DNA of 64,000 bases. It comes from a plasmid. The notes under the pieces are model-generated. The model did not search any database and was not told the origin of the DNA. It worked only from the letters and a program-made list of their open reading frames with translations. Positions within the stretch are counted from its first letter, which is position 1, and the number at the start of each line of letters is the position of its first letter. Positions 1-10,100 of this stretch are shown one piece after another. A program made the position numbers and the translations under genes. The DNA lies in sequence record NZ_CP024426.1. One strand, written 5' to 3'.

Positions 1-4
1 GGCG

Positions 5-952
5 ATGATTTCCGCTGCGGACCCCGGCAGAGATCCGGCTGGAACGGAGGACGCGGGTTTCGTCGCCCTGCTCGAGGCACGGATCGCGCGGCATCTGGCC
101 GATCTTTCCCCCGCCCCCCAGCGCCTGGTCGCCGCCGCCCGCGGGGCCATGGCGCATGGCAAGCGGCTGCGGCCCTGTCTGCTGAACCACGTCGCGGGCA
201 AGGACGCCGACCCCGATGCTGTGCTCGACATGGCCGTGGCCTTCGAGATGGTCCATTCCGCCTCGCTGATCCTGGACGACCTGCCGGCGATGGACAATGC
301 GCTGCTGCGCCGGGGCCGGCCCACCACCCATGTCCTGCATGGCGAGGCGACGGCGATCCTGGCCGCCATCGGCCTGCTGAACCAGGCCATCGCCATCGCG
401 AACGCGCTGCCCGGGGTGGATGCCGCGGACCACCAGCGGCTGGTCGCCATCCTGACCGGGGTGATGGGCTGGAACGGGCTGGTCGCGGGACAGGAACTGG
501 ACCTGAACGGCTTCTCGCCCGGCGACGCGGGGGCCTGCGACCCGCAGGAGCGCATCTGCCGCGTCAACCGGCTCAAGACCGGCATCCTGCTGTGCGCCGC
601 GGTCGAGGCGGGGGCGCTGCTTGGCCGGCGCCCCGGGGCGGCCTGCGCCCAGCTGTTGCGCTTTGCCGGGGCGCTGGGGCAGGCATTCCAGATCGCCGAC
701 GATCTGGGTGACGCGCATCGGCGCAGCGACCAGACCGGCAAGGACTGCGGCAAGGACGCCGGCAAGGAAACCTTCCTGGCCGTCTTCGGCACGGCAGAGG
801 CGCTGAACCGCTGCCATGCCCTGCTGGCCGAGGCGGACGGCGCCCTGCACGCCAGCGGCATCGACGCCCGCCCGTTGCGCCGCATGGTGGGGGCGATCTT
901 CGGGCCGATGCTGTCCCTGCCGCCCGACGACATCCTGCAGGCGGCGGAATGA
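5..952 (+). CDS. crtE: Geranylgeranyl diphosphate synthase (polyprenyl synthetase); may extend 5' beyond the window
   Basis: Two Asp-rich motifs (ILDDLPAMD, IADDLGD) typical of trans-prenyltransferases; it sits at the head of the crt cluster; its stop overlaps the crtZ start (ATGA). Confidence 0.8.
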   Translation: MISAADPGRDPAGTEDAGFVALLEARIARHLADLSPAPQRLVAAARGAMAHGKRLRPCLLNHVAGKDADPDAVLDMAVAFEMVHSASLILDDLPAMDNALLRRGRPTTHVLHGEATAILAAIGLLNQAIAIANALPGVDAADHQRLVAILTGVMGWNGLVAGQELDLNGFSPGDAGACDPQERICRVNRLKTGILLCAAVEAGALLGRRPGAACAQLLRFAGALGQAFQIADDLGDAHRRSDQTGKDCGKDAGKETFLAVFGTAEALNRCHALLAEADGALHASGIDARPLRRMVGAIFGPMLSLPPDDILQAAE

Positions 953-1476
953 CCTGGGTGGGGCCCCTGCTGATCGTGATCGGCACCGTCGCCGCAATGG
1001 AGGCGGTAGCCTGGGCGGTCCACAAATACATCATGCACGGCTGGGGCTGGGGCTGGCACAAGTCGCACCACGAACCCCATGACGGCGGGTTCGAGTTGAA
1101 CGACCTTTACGCGCTGGTCTTTGCCGCGGGCTCGGTCGGCCTGTTCTGGTGGGGCCGGGACTGGTGGCCCGCGACCTGGCTGGGGTCCGGGATGGCGGTC
1201 TATGGGCTGCTTTACTTCATTGCCCACGACGGGCTGGTCCACAAGCGATGGCCCTTCAGCTATATCCCCCGGCGCGGCTATCTCAAGCGGCTGTATCAGG
1301 CCCACCGGCTGCATCACGCGGTCGAGGGGCGGGACGGCTGCGTCAGCTTCGGCTTTCTTTATGCCCCGCCCATCGCCCGGCTCAAGGCGCGGCTGGCGCG
1401 GGGCCGGGGATCAGCCCGGCCGCCGGAACAGGGCCGAGCGATCGAACCGGGGAACGGGCCGGCGCAGGGCCAGTAA
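949..1476 (+). CDS. crtZ: Beta-carotene 3-hydroxylase
   Basis: His-box motifs of CrtZ-type di-iron hydroxylases (HKSHHEPH, HDGLVH, HRLHHA); about 175 aa with 4 TM segments; the start ATG overlaps the crtE stop. Confidence 0.85.
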   Translation: MTWVGPLLIVIGTVAAMEAVAWAVHKYIMHGWGWGWHKSHHEPHDGGFELNDLYALVFAAGSVGLFWWGRDWWPATWLGSGMAVYGLLYFIAHDGLVHKRWPFSYIPRRGYLKRLYQAHRLHHAVEGRDGCVSFGFLYAPPIARLKARLARGRGSARPPEQGRAIEPGNGPAQGQ

Positions 1477-2337
1477 CGTGCCGGGCGCCGCCCCGGCGAT
1501 CAGCCGCAGCTTTCCGGCGGTCGTGGTCGAGATCCGGCCGTCCCAGGCGTCCGGGCCCCGCCGCCGCAGGATCACGCCGATTTCACGATAGATGGCCTGC
1601 GCCGCCGCGATGGCAAAGGCGGGACGGCGATCCAGCGCCGCGACGCCCACGGCGGCGCTGCGGTAATAATCCTCGGCCAGGTCCAGCAGGTGCAGCGCGC
1701 AGCGGTGCAAGGCGGCGCGGTCGGCCCGGTTGTCGGGATCGACGCCCTCCAGCCCCTGGGTCCGCAGCAGCGCCCGGGGCAGATAGACCCGGCCGATGCG
1801 CGCGTCGTCGATCACGTCGCGGGCGATGTTGGTCAGCTGAAAGGCGATCCCCAGGTCGCTGGCGCGGTCCAGCGTGCCCGGATCGGTGGCTCCCATGATG
1901 CGGGCCATCATCACCCCCACCACCCCCGCGACGTGATAGCAGTAGTCCAGCAGGTCCGAGATCGTTTCATAGCGCCGCCCGGCGACATCCATGCCGAACC
2001 CGTCCAGCATCTCGTCCACATGCCGGTGCGGAATGGCATGGCGCGAAACCACCCGGGCGAGCCCGGCAAAGACCTCGGGGGCAGACCCGCCGGCCAGGGC
2101 GCAGTGGGTTTCGTCCCGCAGCGCCTGCAGCCGCTCTGCCGGTGGCGTGGCATCGGTGCCGGCGCCGGCAAAGCCCGCATCCTGCCCGTCGATCACGTCG
2201 TCGGCGTGGCGGCACCAGGCGTAAAGCATCACGCAATCCTGCGACATGGCGGGCGGCAGCAGCCGCGCCGCCAGACCGAAGCTTTTCGACCCCGCCTTGA
2301 TGGAGCGGCGGGCATTGGCCACGGTGCTGTCCGTCAT
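1411..2337 (-). CDS. crtB: Phytoene synthase
   Basis: Squalene/phytoene synthase family signature (YxxxRxxDDxxD-like: YAWCRHADDVIDG; second Asp-rich motif IARDVIDDA); 308 aa. Confidence 0.9.
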   Translation of the reverse strand: MTDSTVANARRSIKAGSKSFGLAARLLPPAMSQDCVMLYAWCRHADDVIDGQDAGFAGAGTDATPPAERLQALRDETHCALAGGSAPEVFAGLARVVSRHAIPHRHVDEMLDGFGMDVAGRRYETISDLLDYCYHVAGVVGVMMARIMGATDPGTLDRASDLGIAFQLTNIARDVIDDARIGRVYLPRALLRTQGLEGVDPDNRADRAALHRCALHLLDLAEDYYRSAAVGVAALDRRPAFAIAAAQAIYREIGVILRRRGPDAWDGRISTTTAGKLRLIAGAAPGTLLALRRPVPRFDRSALFRRPG

Positions 2338-3815
2338 GGCCCCTCCGGCGTCAGGATCAGCGAGGCCGTCGCCTCGGCCGAGCCGATGACGCCCGGCAGG
2401 CCTGCGCCGGGATGGGTGCCGGCGCCGACCAGGAACAGGTTGTCCAGCCGGTCGTCGCGGTTGTGGGGACGGAACCAGGCGCTTTGGGTCAGGATGGGCT
2501 CGATGGAAAAGGCCGAGCCGAGATGCGCGTTCAGCTGCGTCTTGAAGTCCAGCGGCGTGAAATGGCGCAGCGTCACCAGATCGCGCCGCAGGTTCGGGAT
2601 ATGGCGCGCCTCGAGATAGTCGAGGATGCGGTCGCGATAGGCGGGTGCGGCGCTTTCCCAGTCCGGGTCGGCCGTGCCCAGATGCGGCACCGGCGCCAGG
2701 ACGTAATAGGCGCTGTGACCCGGCGGGGCCAGGCTGTCGTCCGTGACCGAAGGCGCGTGCAGGTAAAGCGAGAAATCCTGCGCCAGGCCGTTGCCGTGAA
2801 AGATCTGGTCGACCAGCCCGCGATAGCGCGGGCCGAACAGCACCATGTGGTGGCGCAGGTGCGGGCGCAGGCCGCGCAGGCCGAAATAGACGACGAACAG
2901 CGACATCGAATGGCGCCGCGCCGCCAGCCGGTCGCCCCGGGCGGCATCGCCCAGCAGGGCGCGATAGGTATGGACCACATCGGCATTGCTGGCGATCACG
3001 TCGAAGGCGTGGCGCCCGCCGCCCGCATGGATCGCGGTGGCGCGGCGGCCCTCGGTCTCGATCCGCTCGACGGGGCTGTTCAGGCGCAGCGTGCCGCCCA
3101 GCCGCTGGAAATGGCGCACCATGCCCGCGACCAGCGCGCCGGTGCCACCCTTGGCGAACCAGACTCCGCCCTTGCGTTCCAGCGCATGGATCAGCGCATA
3201 GATGGCCGAGGTCGAGAACGGGTTCCCGCCCACCAGCAGCGTGTGAAAGCTGAAAGCCTGGCGCAGCCGTTCGTCACGGATGTGGCGCGCGACCATGGCA
3301 TGGACCGAGCGCCACGCCTGCAGCCGCGCCAGTTGCGGCGCCGCGCGGATCATGTCGCTGAAATGCAGGAACGGCACCGCGCCCAGCTTTTCGTAGCCTT
3401 CGCGATAGACCGCGCGGGAATAGGCCAGGAACCGGCGATAGCCCGCCACGTCGCCCGGGCTGATCGCGGCGATCTGGCGCTCGATGGCGTCCTGGTCGTC
3501 GGCATAGTCAAAGACGGTGCCGTCCTCCCAGCACAGGCGATAGAAGGGATCGACCGGCAGCAGCGTCACGTCGCGGTCGATGTCGTGGCCGGTCAGGCGC
3601 CACAGCCTGCGCAGGCAGTCGGGGTCGGTGATGACCGTGGGGCCCGCGTCGAAGGTAAAGCCCGCGTCATGATAGACATAGGCCCGCCCGCCGGGCTTGT
3701 CGCGCGCTTCGAACAGCGTGGTGGCGACGCCCGCCGCCTGCAGCCGGATCGCCAGCGCAAGCCCGCCGAAGCCCGCCCCGATGACGCCCGCGCTGCGGGT
3801 CCCGCCCGCGGTCAC
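2334..3815 (-). CDS. crtI: Phytoene desaturase
   Basis: N-terminal FAD dinucleotide-binding motif VIGAGFGGLALAIRL and strong CrtI-like sequence throughout. The start is proposed at the GTG at 3813-3815, which overlaps the crtY stop (GTGA). The six-frame ORF extends further upstream as a high-GC artefact. Confidence 0.85.
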   Translation of the reverse strand: MTAGGTRSAGVIGAGFGGLALAIRLQAAGVATTLFEARDKPGGRAYVYHDAGFTFDAGPTVITDPDCLRRLWRLTGHDIDRDVTLLPVDPFYRLCWEDGTVFDYADDQDAIERQIAAISPGDVAGYRRFLAYSRAVYREGYEKLGAVPFLHFSDMIRAAPQLARLQAWRSVHAMVARHIRDERLRQAFSFHTLLVGGNPFSTSAIYALIHALERKGGVWFAKGGTGALVAGMVRHFQRLGGTLRLNSPVERIETEGRRATAIHAGGGRHAFDVIASNADVVHTYRALLGDAARGDRLAARRHSMSLFVVYFGLRGLRPHLRHHMVLFGPRYRGLVDQIFHGNGLAQDFSLYLHAPSVTDDSLAPPGHSAYYVLAPVPHLGTADPDWESAAPAYRDRILDYLEARHIPNLRRDLVTLRHFTPLDFKTQLNAHLGSAFSIEPILTQSAWFRPHNRDDRLDNLFLVGAGTHPGAGLPGVIGSAEATASLILTPEGP

Positions 3816-4957
3816 AGCGACGCCCCCAGCCGCTCGGGCAGGCACGGCAGCGCGCGGCGGATCGGCACCGGAGGCTTGCCCATCAGGATGCGGGCCTTGT
3901 CGGGCAGCGTGCTGCGCCCGGCATAGAACCGCTCGATCAACCCCTCGGGCAGGCGGTAGAACCGCGCCATGACCGCGCGGCGCCCCTCGGGCTCGGCCGC
4001 CAGAAACAGCATCCGGGCCAGCATCCGGTAGAACCCCTGCGCCCGGGCCAGGTCCAGCGAGTCGCGGCGCAGCGCTTGGGCCAGGGCGCGCGGGCCTTGC
4101 CGCCAGCGGTCGTGGACGATTTCGGCGCTGCGCACGGCGCAAGGCAGGCTATAGCCAGTCAGCGGGTGAAAGCGCCCCGCCCGCAGCCCGATCACGGGCA
4201 GATCCGGGTCACGGTCCCGCCAGAAGGCGGGGGCGTCGAACCGCAATGCAATGGGCAGAACGCCGGTTTCCTCGCGCAGCACCTGCGCGACGGTCCAGCC
4301 CTGCACCGCCACATAGGCCGCGATGCCCTGGCGCAGGGTCTCGGCGGGCAGGGCGGCGGCGTCGGCGTAATGCGTCGCCTCGACCAGCAGGCGGTCGGGG
4401 GCAAAGGGCAGCAGATAGAAAAAGCGATAGCCGTCCTGCTGCGGCACGGTCGCGTCCATGATGACGGGCCGCGCCAGGCCGTGCGGGGCGGCCAGCCGCA
4501 ACTCCTGGCCCAGGAACTTCTGGAACCGGATCTCCAGCGCGGGATGGGGCGCAAAGCCGCGCGCGTCGAGGGCGACCCGCGCCGCGATCCGCCGCCCGCA
4601 GGCCAGGGTGACGCCCTCGGGGTCGATCCGGGCGACTTCGCCCCGGACATGGGGCACGTCCGCCACCGCCTGCCCAAGGCTGTGGCTGTCAAGGCTGGCA
4701 TAGCCCGCGCGCAGGCGGCGCCCGTAGCCGGGAAAGCGCACCTCCTGCCCCGGCCAGCGGCAGCGCAGGGCCGGAGCCAGCCAGGCCTGCGCATCGGCCG
4801 GGATGTCGCCCGCGTGAAAGGACCAGGTGTGCGCCGCGCGGGGGTCGGGCTTGCGGTCCACCAGCACCACCCGCGCCGTGCGCCCCAGCCGCAGCGCCGT
4901 CAGGGCGGCGGACAGGCCTGCCCCGGCGATGACGATATCGGCCTGATGATCCGGCAT
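3812..4957 (-). CDS. crtY: Lycopene beta-cyclase
   Basis: Start MPDHQADIVIAGAGLSAALTALRL (FAD-binding motif) at the ATG whose complement lies at 4955-4957; 381 aa, matching the CrtY family. Confidence 0.85.
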   Translation of the reverse strand: MPDHQADIVIAGAGLSAALTALRLGRTARVVLVDRKPDPRAAHTWSFHAGDIPADAQAWLAPALRCRWPGQEVRFPGYGRRLRAGYASLDSHSLGQAVADVPHVRGEVARIDPEGVTLACGRRIAARVALDARGFAPHPALEIRFQKFLGQELRLAAPHGLARPVIMDATVPQQDGYRFFYLLPFAPDRLLVEATHYADAAALPAETLRQGIAAYVAVQGWTVAQVLREETGVLPIALRFDAPAFWRDRDPDLPVIGLRAGRFHPLTGYSLPCAVRSAEIVHDRWRQGPRALAQALRRDSLDLARAQGFYRMLARMLFLAAEPEGRRAVMARFYRLPEGLIERFYAGRSTLPDKARILMGKPPVPIRRALPCLPERLGASL

Positions 4958-5076
4958 GTCCCTCCGCGCCCTCGGGCCCTTGTCGCGCCTGCGCGCGTCC
5001 TTGCCATGCCCAACGATGGCCGGCCTTTCCTGTTCCCGGCCCTGCGCCAATTCCTTTGCTGCCGGCCGGCAAAGGG

Positions 5077-6279
5077 TCAGCGGGATCCCGCAACCAGCGC
5101 CTCGACCAGGGGCACCGCGCCGGCGGCGCCGGGCGCCGTGGCTGCACGGGCGGCAAAGGGGCGCAGCCGCGCCCGCGGGCCGGGGTCGGCCAGCAGGGCC
5201 GCGACCGCCTGCGCGACAGGGCGGCGGCCGCGCTGCAACGGGCCCAGCACCGACCCGAGCCCGTGGTGGCGGATGCGCGCCGCGACCCCGGGCTGGTCGT
5301 AGGCCAGCGGCAGCGCCAGCATCGGGACGCCGGCGCCCAGGCATTCCAGCACCGTGTTCAGCCCGGCATGGGTCACGCACAGGTCGGCGCGTGCCAGGAC
5401 GGCCCGCTGCGGCACGAAATCGCGCACCCAGTCGGCCGGGATCGCCGCCGCCTGTGCGCCGTCCAGGCAGCCGCCATGCGACACCAGCACCTGCGCCCCG
5501 CACTCCCGGCAGGCTGCGGCGATCCGCGCCAGCACCCCCGCGCGCCGCCCCATGATCGTCCCCAGCGAGACATAGACCAGAGGCCGGCCCGGGTCGGGGC
5601 GGATGTCGGGCGGAAAACCCTGCGCCGGGTCCGGCGGGGCGAAGGGGCCAAGCTCGGCGATGCGCCAGCCCACCGCGGGGCGGGGATAGTCAAAGCCCGG
5701 GATCATCTGCGCCAGCGTCAGGTGGGGCGACAGGCAGTCGGCCAAGCTGCGCAGGTCGCCCAGGCCCCATTCCCGGCTGATCCGGGCAACGACGCGATCC
5801 TGCGGGGCCATCAGCAGGCCCGCCACCGCCCCGGCCGCGCGCTGGCGTTTCAGCCCGCGCGCCGAAGGATCGTACGGCCAGGACAGGAAGGGCAGCGGCA
5901 CGCCGGGCTCGGGGTCCATCGGCACCGCGCAGGCGACCGAGGCCAGCGGCACCCCCAGCGCCCGTGCGATCAGGCCCGAGGCGGGCTCCATCTGGTCGCC
6001 CAGCACCACGTCGACGCCCAGGGATCGCGCCATCGGCAGGCCGTCGCGGCACAGCCGTTCGGTCTGGCGCGCGCCGTGCCGGGCCAGCGCCAGCACGTTC
6101 CCCGGCGGCGGCGCCACCGAAGGGCCGGGCAGGGTCAACGCATCCAACCCCGGCATGGGCGGGCCTCCGGGCAGGACCAGAAAACTGGCCCGGTGCCCCC
6201 GGTCCGTCCAGGCACGGGCCAGCGCCTGAAAGCCGCGCAGATGGCTGTAAAGCGGCAGGGTGACGAACAGCGCGTGCAT
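5077..6279 (-). CDS. crtX: Zeaxanthin glucosyltransferase (GT1 family UDP-glycosyltransferase)
   Basis: C-terminal UDP-sugar binding signature CVTHAGLNTVLECLGAGVPMLALPLAYDQPGVAARI; start MHALFVTLPLYSHLRGF at the complement of 6277-6279; 400 aa; it lies immediately adjacent to crtY. Confidence 0.8.
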   Translation of the reverse strand: MHALFVTLPLYSHLRGFQALARAWTDRGHRASFLVLPGGPPMPGLDALTLPGPSVAPPPGNVLALARHGARQTERLCRDGLPMARSLGVDVVLGDQMEPASGLIARALGVPLASVACAVPMDPEPGVPLPFLSWPYDPSARGLKRQRAAGAVAGLLMAPQDRVVARISREWGLGDLRSLADCLSPHLTLAQMIPGFDYPRPAVGWRIAELGPFAPPDPAQGFPPDIRPDPGRPLVYVSLGTIMGRRAGVLARIAAACRECGAQVLVSHGGCLDGAQAAAIPADWVRDFVPQRAVLARADLCVTHAGLNTVLECLGAGVPMLALPLAYDQPGVAARIRHHGLGSVLGPLQRGRRPVAQAVAALLADPGPRARLRPFAARAATAPGAAGAVPLVEALVAGSR

Positions 6280-6411
6280 CCGCCCCAACCCGCGCTGCGG
6301 CACAAGGGTTGCAGCCCGGCCGATGCGGCGCGGCGCCTGTCTAAATCGGCAGGTCCGGAACCGGCGCCGCGCGCTCGGGGTTCTCTCGCCAGTTTGGAAT
6401 GGAGACAAGCC

Positions 6412-6888
6412 ATGCAGAACGCCTTCCTGTTTTCGGCCACGGCCGTCCTTCTGTCGGTGGGCGCGGCGACCGCGCAGACCACCACGGTCGTGACCCCGGG
6501 CCAGCCGGTCGTCGTCACCCAGCCCCAGGTCACCCATGTCGAAACGACCGATCCCGCCACGACGGGCGGCGGCGCCATGGGCGGTGCGACCACGGGCGCC
6601 GTGGCTGGCGCCGTTGTCGGCGGCCCGGTTGGTGCGGCGGTGGGCGGCATCGCGGGCGCCATCGTCGGCGACGCGACCGAGGATGCCGTGACCCCCGAAA
6701 CCCGCACCTATGTCCTGGAAAACAAGGTGCAATCCGTTACGCTGAGCGATGTCGCGGTGGGCAGTGCCCTGCCCGAGACGGTGCCGGTCCAGCCGATCCC
6801 GAATTCGCAGTACCAGTACGTCTATGTCGACGACCAGCCGGTGATCGTCGAGCCGCAGACCCGCAAGGTGCTGTACATCGTGAAATAG
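6412..6888 (+). CDS. Secreted Gly/Thr/Val-rich hypothetical protein with signal peptide (DUF1236-like C-terminus)
   Basis: RBS GGAGA 7 nt upstream of the ATG at 6412; signal peptide MQNAFLFSATAVLLSVGAATAQT; low-complexity G/A/V/T core; conserved-looking C-terminus YQYVYVDDQPVIVEPQTRKVLYIV. Confidence 0.6.
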   Translation: MQNAFLFSATAVLLSVGAATAQTTTVVTPGQPVVVTQPQVTHVETTDPATTGGGAMGGATTGAVAGAVVGGPVGAAVGGIAGAIVGDATEDAVTPETRTYVLENKVQSVTLSDVAVGSALPETVPVQPIPNSQYQYVYVDDQPVIVEPQTRKVLYIVK

Positions 6889-6912
6889 GCCGACGCAGGT
6901 TTCCTGCGACAC

Positions 6913-6950
6913 GGGGCAGGTCGGGCGCAATGCCGGCCTGCCCTTTTTCC
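6913..6950 (+). terminator. Rho-independent terminator (GGGCAGG...CCTGCCC stem followed by TTTTT)
   Basis: Sequence gggcaggtcgggcgcaatgccggcctgccctttttcc lies directly after the stop of the 6412..6888 gene. Confidence 0.55.
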
Positions 6951-7185
6951 TGGCGCCGCGTCGTCACGGAATTGAGAAAGATTAGTCATAATAGTCCCTT
7001 GCCGGCCGAATCCTCCTGCCCGATAATTGCGCGGAACCCCTTGCAGGTGTGCACCGCCTTGACCTTTCGCCTTGTCCATAAGGCCGCCCGTCACAGGGCG
7101 GCCGCTTTTGCGTCCGCCGGCGGCTTCCGCGACGGCGCCATGTCGCTGGGCCGGCCCTCTGCCTTTACGTCCGAAAGACCCGACC

Positions 7186-10100
7186 ATGCTGGATGAAGAC
7201 GCCCCCGTCACTCCGCCTGACGCCGTGGGGGTGCTGACCCTGCATGCGGTCCTGGCAGCCAAGGTGAACTTCGCCAGCGCCCAGAACGGCGTCGCCATCG
7301 TCAAGCAGCTCGGCATCGAAAATCCAGGGCCCGACCCGATCCGGGATGTGCGGCTGACGCTCTCGGCCAGTCCCGGCCTGCTGCGCGACAAGACCTGGGC
7401 CATCGACCGCATCGCCCCCGGCACCACGGTGCAGCTGGCCGATCTGGACACGCCCCTGGACACCGCCCTGCTGGGGGGCCTGGACGAGGCCGAATTCGGC
7501 CAGCTGGAATTCCGCCTGACCGCGCAGGACCTGCCCGAGACCACCTCGGCCCACCGGGTCGAGATGCTGGCCCGCGACGAATGGGGGGGTCTGGCCGAAA
7601 TGGACAACATCCTGGCGGCCTTCGTGTCGCCCAACCATCCCGCCGTCGCCCAGATCCTGAAAGAGGCGTCGCGCCTGCTTGAAGCCGGGGGCTATTCCGG
7701 CGCGCTGGACGGCTATCAGTCGGGCGATCCGCTGCGTGCGTGGATGCTGGCGGGCGCCATCTGGTCGGCGGCGACGGGCTTGGGTCTGTCCTATGCGGTG
7801 CCCCCCGCCTCGTTCGAGCAGGCAGGCCAGAAGATCCGCGACCCCGGCCGCGTCCTGGCCGAGGGGCTGGCGACCTGCCTGGACAGCACGCTGCTGCTGG
7901 CCGCCGCCTTCGAGGCCGCGGGGCTGAACACCGCCGTCCTGTTTTCCCAGGGCCATGCCTGGGCCGGGGTCTGGCTGCAGCGCAAGGACTTTGGCCGCCT
8001 GGTCGAACCCGACGTGGTGGCCGTGCGCAAGGCCGTGGCGGCGCGCGAATTCGTGCCGATGGAAACCACGCTGCTGACGCGCCGCCCCGCCGTGGGCTTC
8101 GAGGAGGCCGTCGATGCCGGCCGCGACCGCCTGTCCGAGGCGCGCGAGGCCGAGTTCATCCAGGCCGTGGACATCAACCGCGCCCGCGCCGCCCGCATCC
8201 GTCCCCTGGCCAGCCACCGCCCGCAGGACGAGGGGCCGGACGAGCCGGGCACCGCCACCCCCGCCGCCCTGCCCCGCCCGCTGGACCTGGGCCTCCTGCC
8301 GGGCGAGCTGGTGGACGAGACGCCCACCACCGCCATCGGCCGGATCGAGCGCTGGCAGCGCAAGCTGCTGGACCTGTCGCTGGCCAACCGGCTGCTGAAC
8401 TTTCGCGAAACCCGCGGCGCGGTGCCGCTGATCTGCCCCGACATTTCGGGGACCGAGGACCGGCTGGCCCATGGCGAGGTCTTTCGCCTGCTCGCGCTCA
8501 AGGACGAACAGGCCGTAGGGGGGCGCGACTTGGCCCCCGAGGACGCGCGGCGGATCGAACTGGACCTGGCCCGCGACGCCCTGTCGCGCGGCCAGATCGC
8601 GGTGCCGCTGACCGCGCGGGACATGGTCGACCGGCTGACCGAGCTTTACCGCAAGGCCCGCAGCGACCTGGCCGAGGGCGGCACCAACACGCTCTTCCTG
8701 GCCGTGGGTTTCCTGCGCTGGAAACGCCCCGGAGACGACAGCCGGACGCATCGCGCGCCCCTGCTGCTGCTGCCCGCCCGGCTGGACCGGCGCTCGGCCC
8801 AGTCCGAGTTCCGGCTGAGCCAGCTCGAGGACGAGGTGCGCATCAACGCCACCCTGCTGGAGATGCTCAAGCGCGACTTCGAACTGCGCATCCCTGAACT
8901 CGAGGGAGAGCTGCCGCGCGACGACAGCGGGCTCGACATCGCGCGCCTGCTGGACATCCTGCGCCATCGGGTGCGCGACGTGCCCGGCTTCGAGGTGGTC
9001 GAGGACTGCGCGCTGTCCACCTTTTCCTTTGCCAAATACCTGATGTGGAAAGACCTGGTGGACCGCACCGACAGCCTGCGCGAAAGCCGGCTGGTGGCCC
9101 ATCTGGTCGACAGCCCGACCGAGGTCTTCGCGGGCGCGGCCGTGCCGATGCCGCACCCCCGCGACATCGACCGCAAGCATGCGCCGGGCGACCTGCTGGC
9201 GCCGCTGCCGGCCGACAGCTCGCAGCTTGCGGCGGTGCTGGCCGCGGCCGAGGGGCGCGACTTCGTACTGATCGGCCCGCCGGGCACCGGCAAAAGCCAG
9301 ACCATCACCAACATCATCGCCGACCAGCTTGGCCGCGGCCGCACCGTGCTGTTCGTGGCCGAGAAATCGGCGGCGCTGGACGTGGTCCACCGTCGGCTGG
9401 AGCGCCACGGCCTGGGCCATGCGGTGCTGGAACTGCATTCCAGCAAGGCCGACCGCAAAAGCGTCCTGGCCCAGCTTGGCCGGTCCTGGGACCGCGCCAG
9501 CGCGGCCAATGCGCAGGACTGGGTCCGTGTGGCCGAGGATCTGCGCCTGACCCGAGACCAGCTGAACGCCTATGTCGATGCGCTGCACCGTCCCAGCACC
9601 CAGGGCTTCAGCGTCTATCAGGCGATCGGCCGGGTCGCGGGCGGCACGCCGGGCTTTGCGCTGCGCTTCGACAACAAGGACTGCCACGATCAGGCCGGAT
9701 TCCAGCGCCTGCGAACCCTGGCGGCCGATCTGGGCGCGCGCCACCGCATCGTGGCGGGACTTGACCCGCAGGGGCCGCTGTCGCTGCTGGACCGGGGCGA
9801 ATGGTCCTTTGGCTGGCAGGACCGTTACCTGGACAGCGCCCGCGCCCTGCGGCGGGCCCGCGCCGCCGCGTCCGAGGCGGGGCAGGCGCTGGCCGCCCGC
9901 CTTGGCCTGACCGGGGCGGACGCCGCCCATCCCGACATTGCCGCGGCCCTGGTCTGGCTTGCCGCCCAGCGGCTGGACCAGCCCGCCGTCGCGCCCGAGG
10001 CGCTGGCCCTGGCCGAGGCCGGCACCGGCACCGACGCCGCCTTGGCAGCGCTGACCGAGGCGCTGTCGCGCGCGGCCCAGGCTCGGGCGGCGCTGGCCGC

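Noticed and set aside
2412-3926. 504-aa plus-strand ORF over crtI
   Set aside because: It is antisense to crtI and is low-complexity.
5056-6888. 610-aa plus-strand ORF spanning crtX
   Set aside because: It is antisense to a well-supported crtX gene and has Arg/Gly/Pro-rich low-complexity composition typical of high-GC reverse-frame artefacts. Only its last 158 codons (6412..6888) form a genuine signal-peptide protein.
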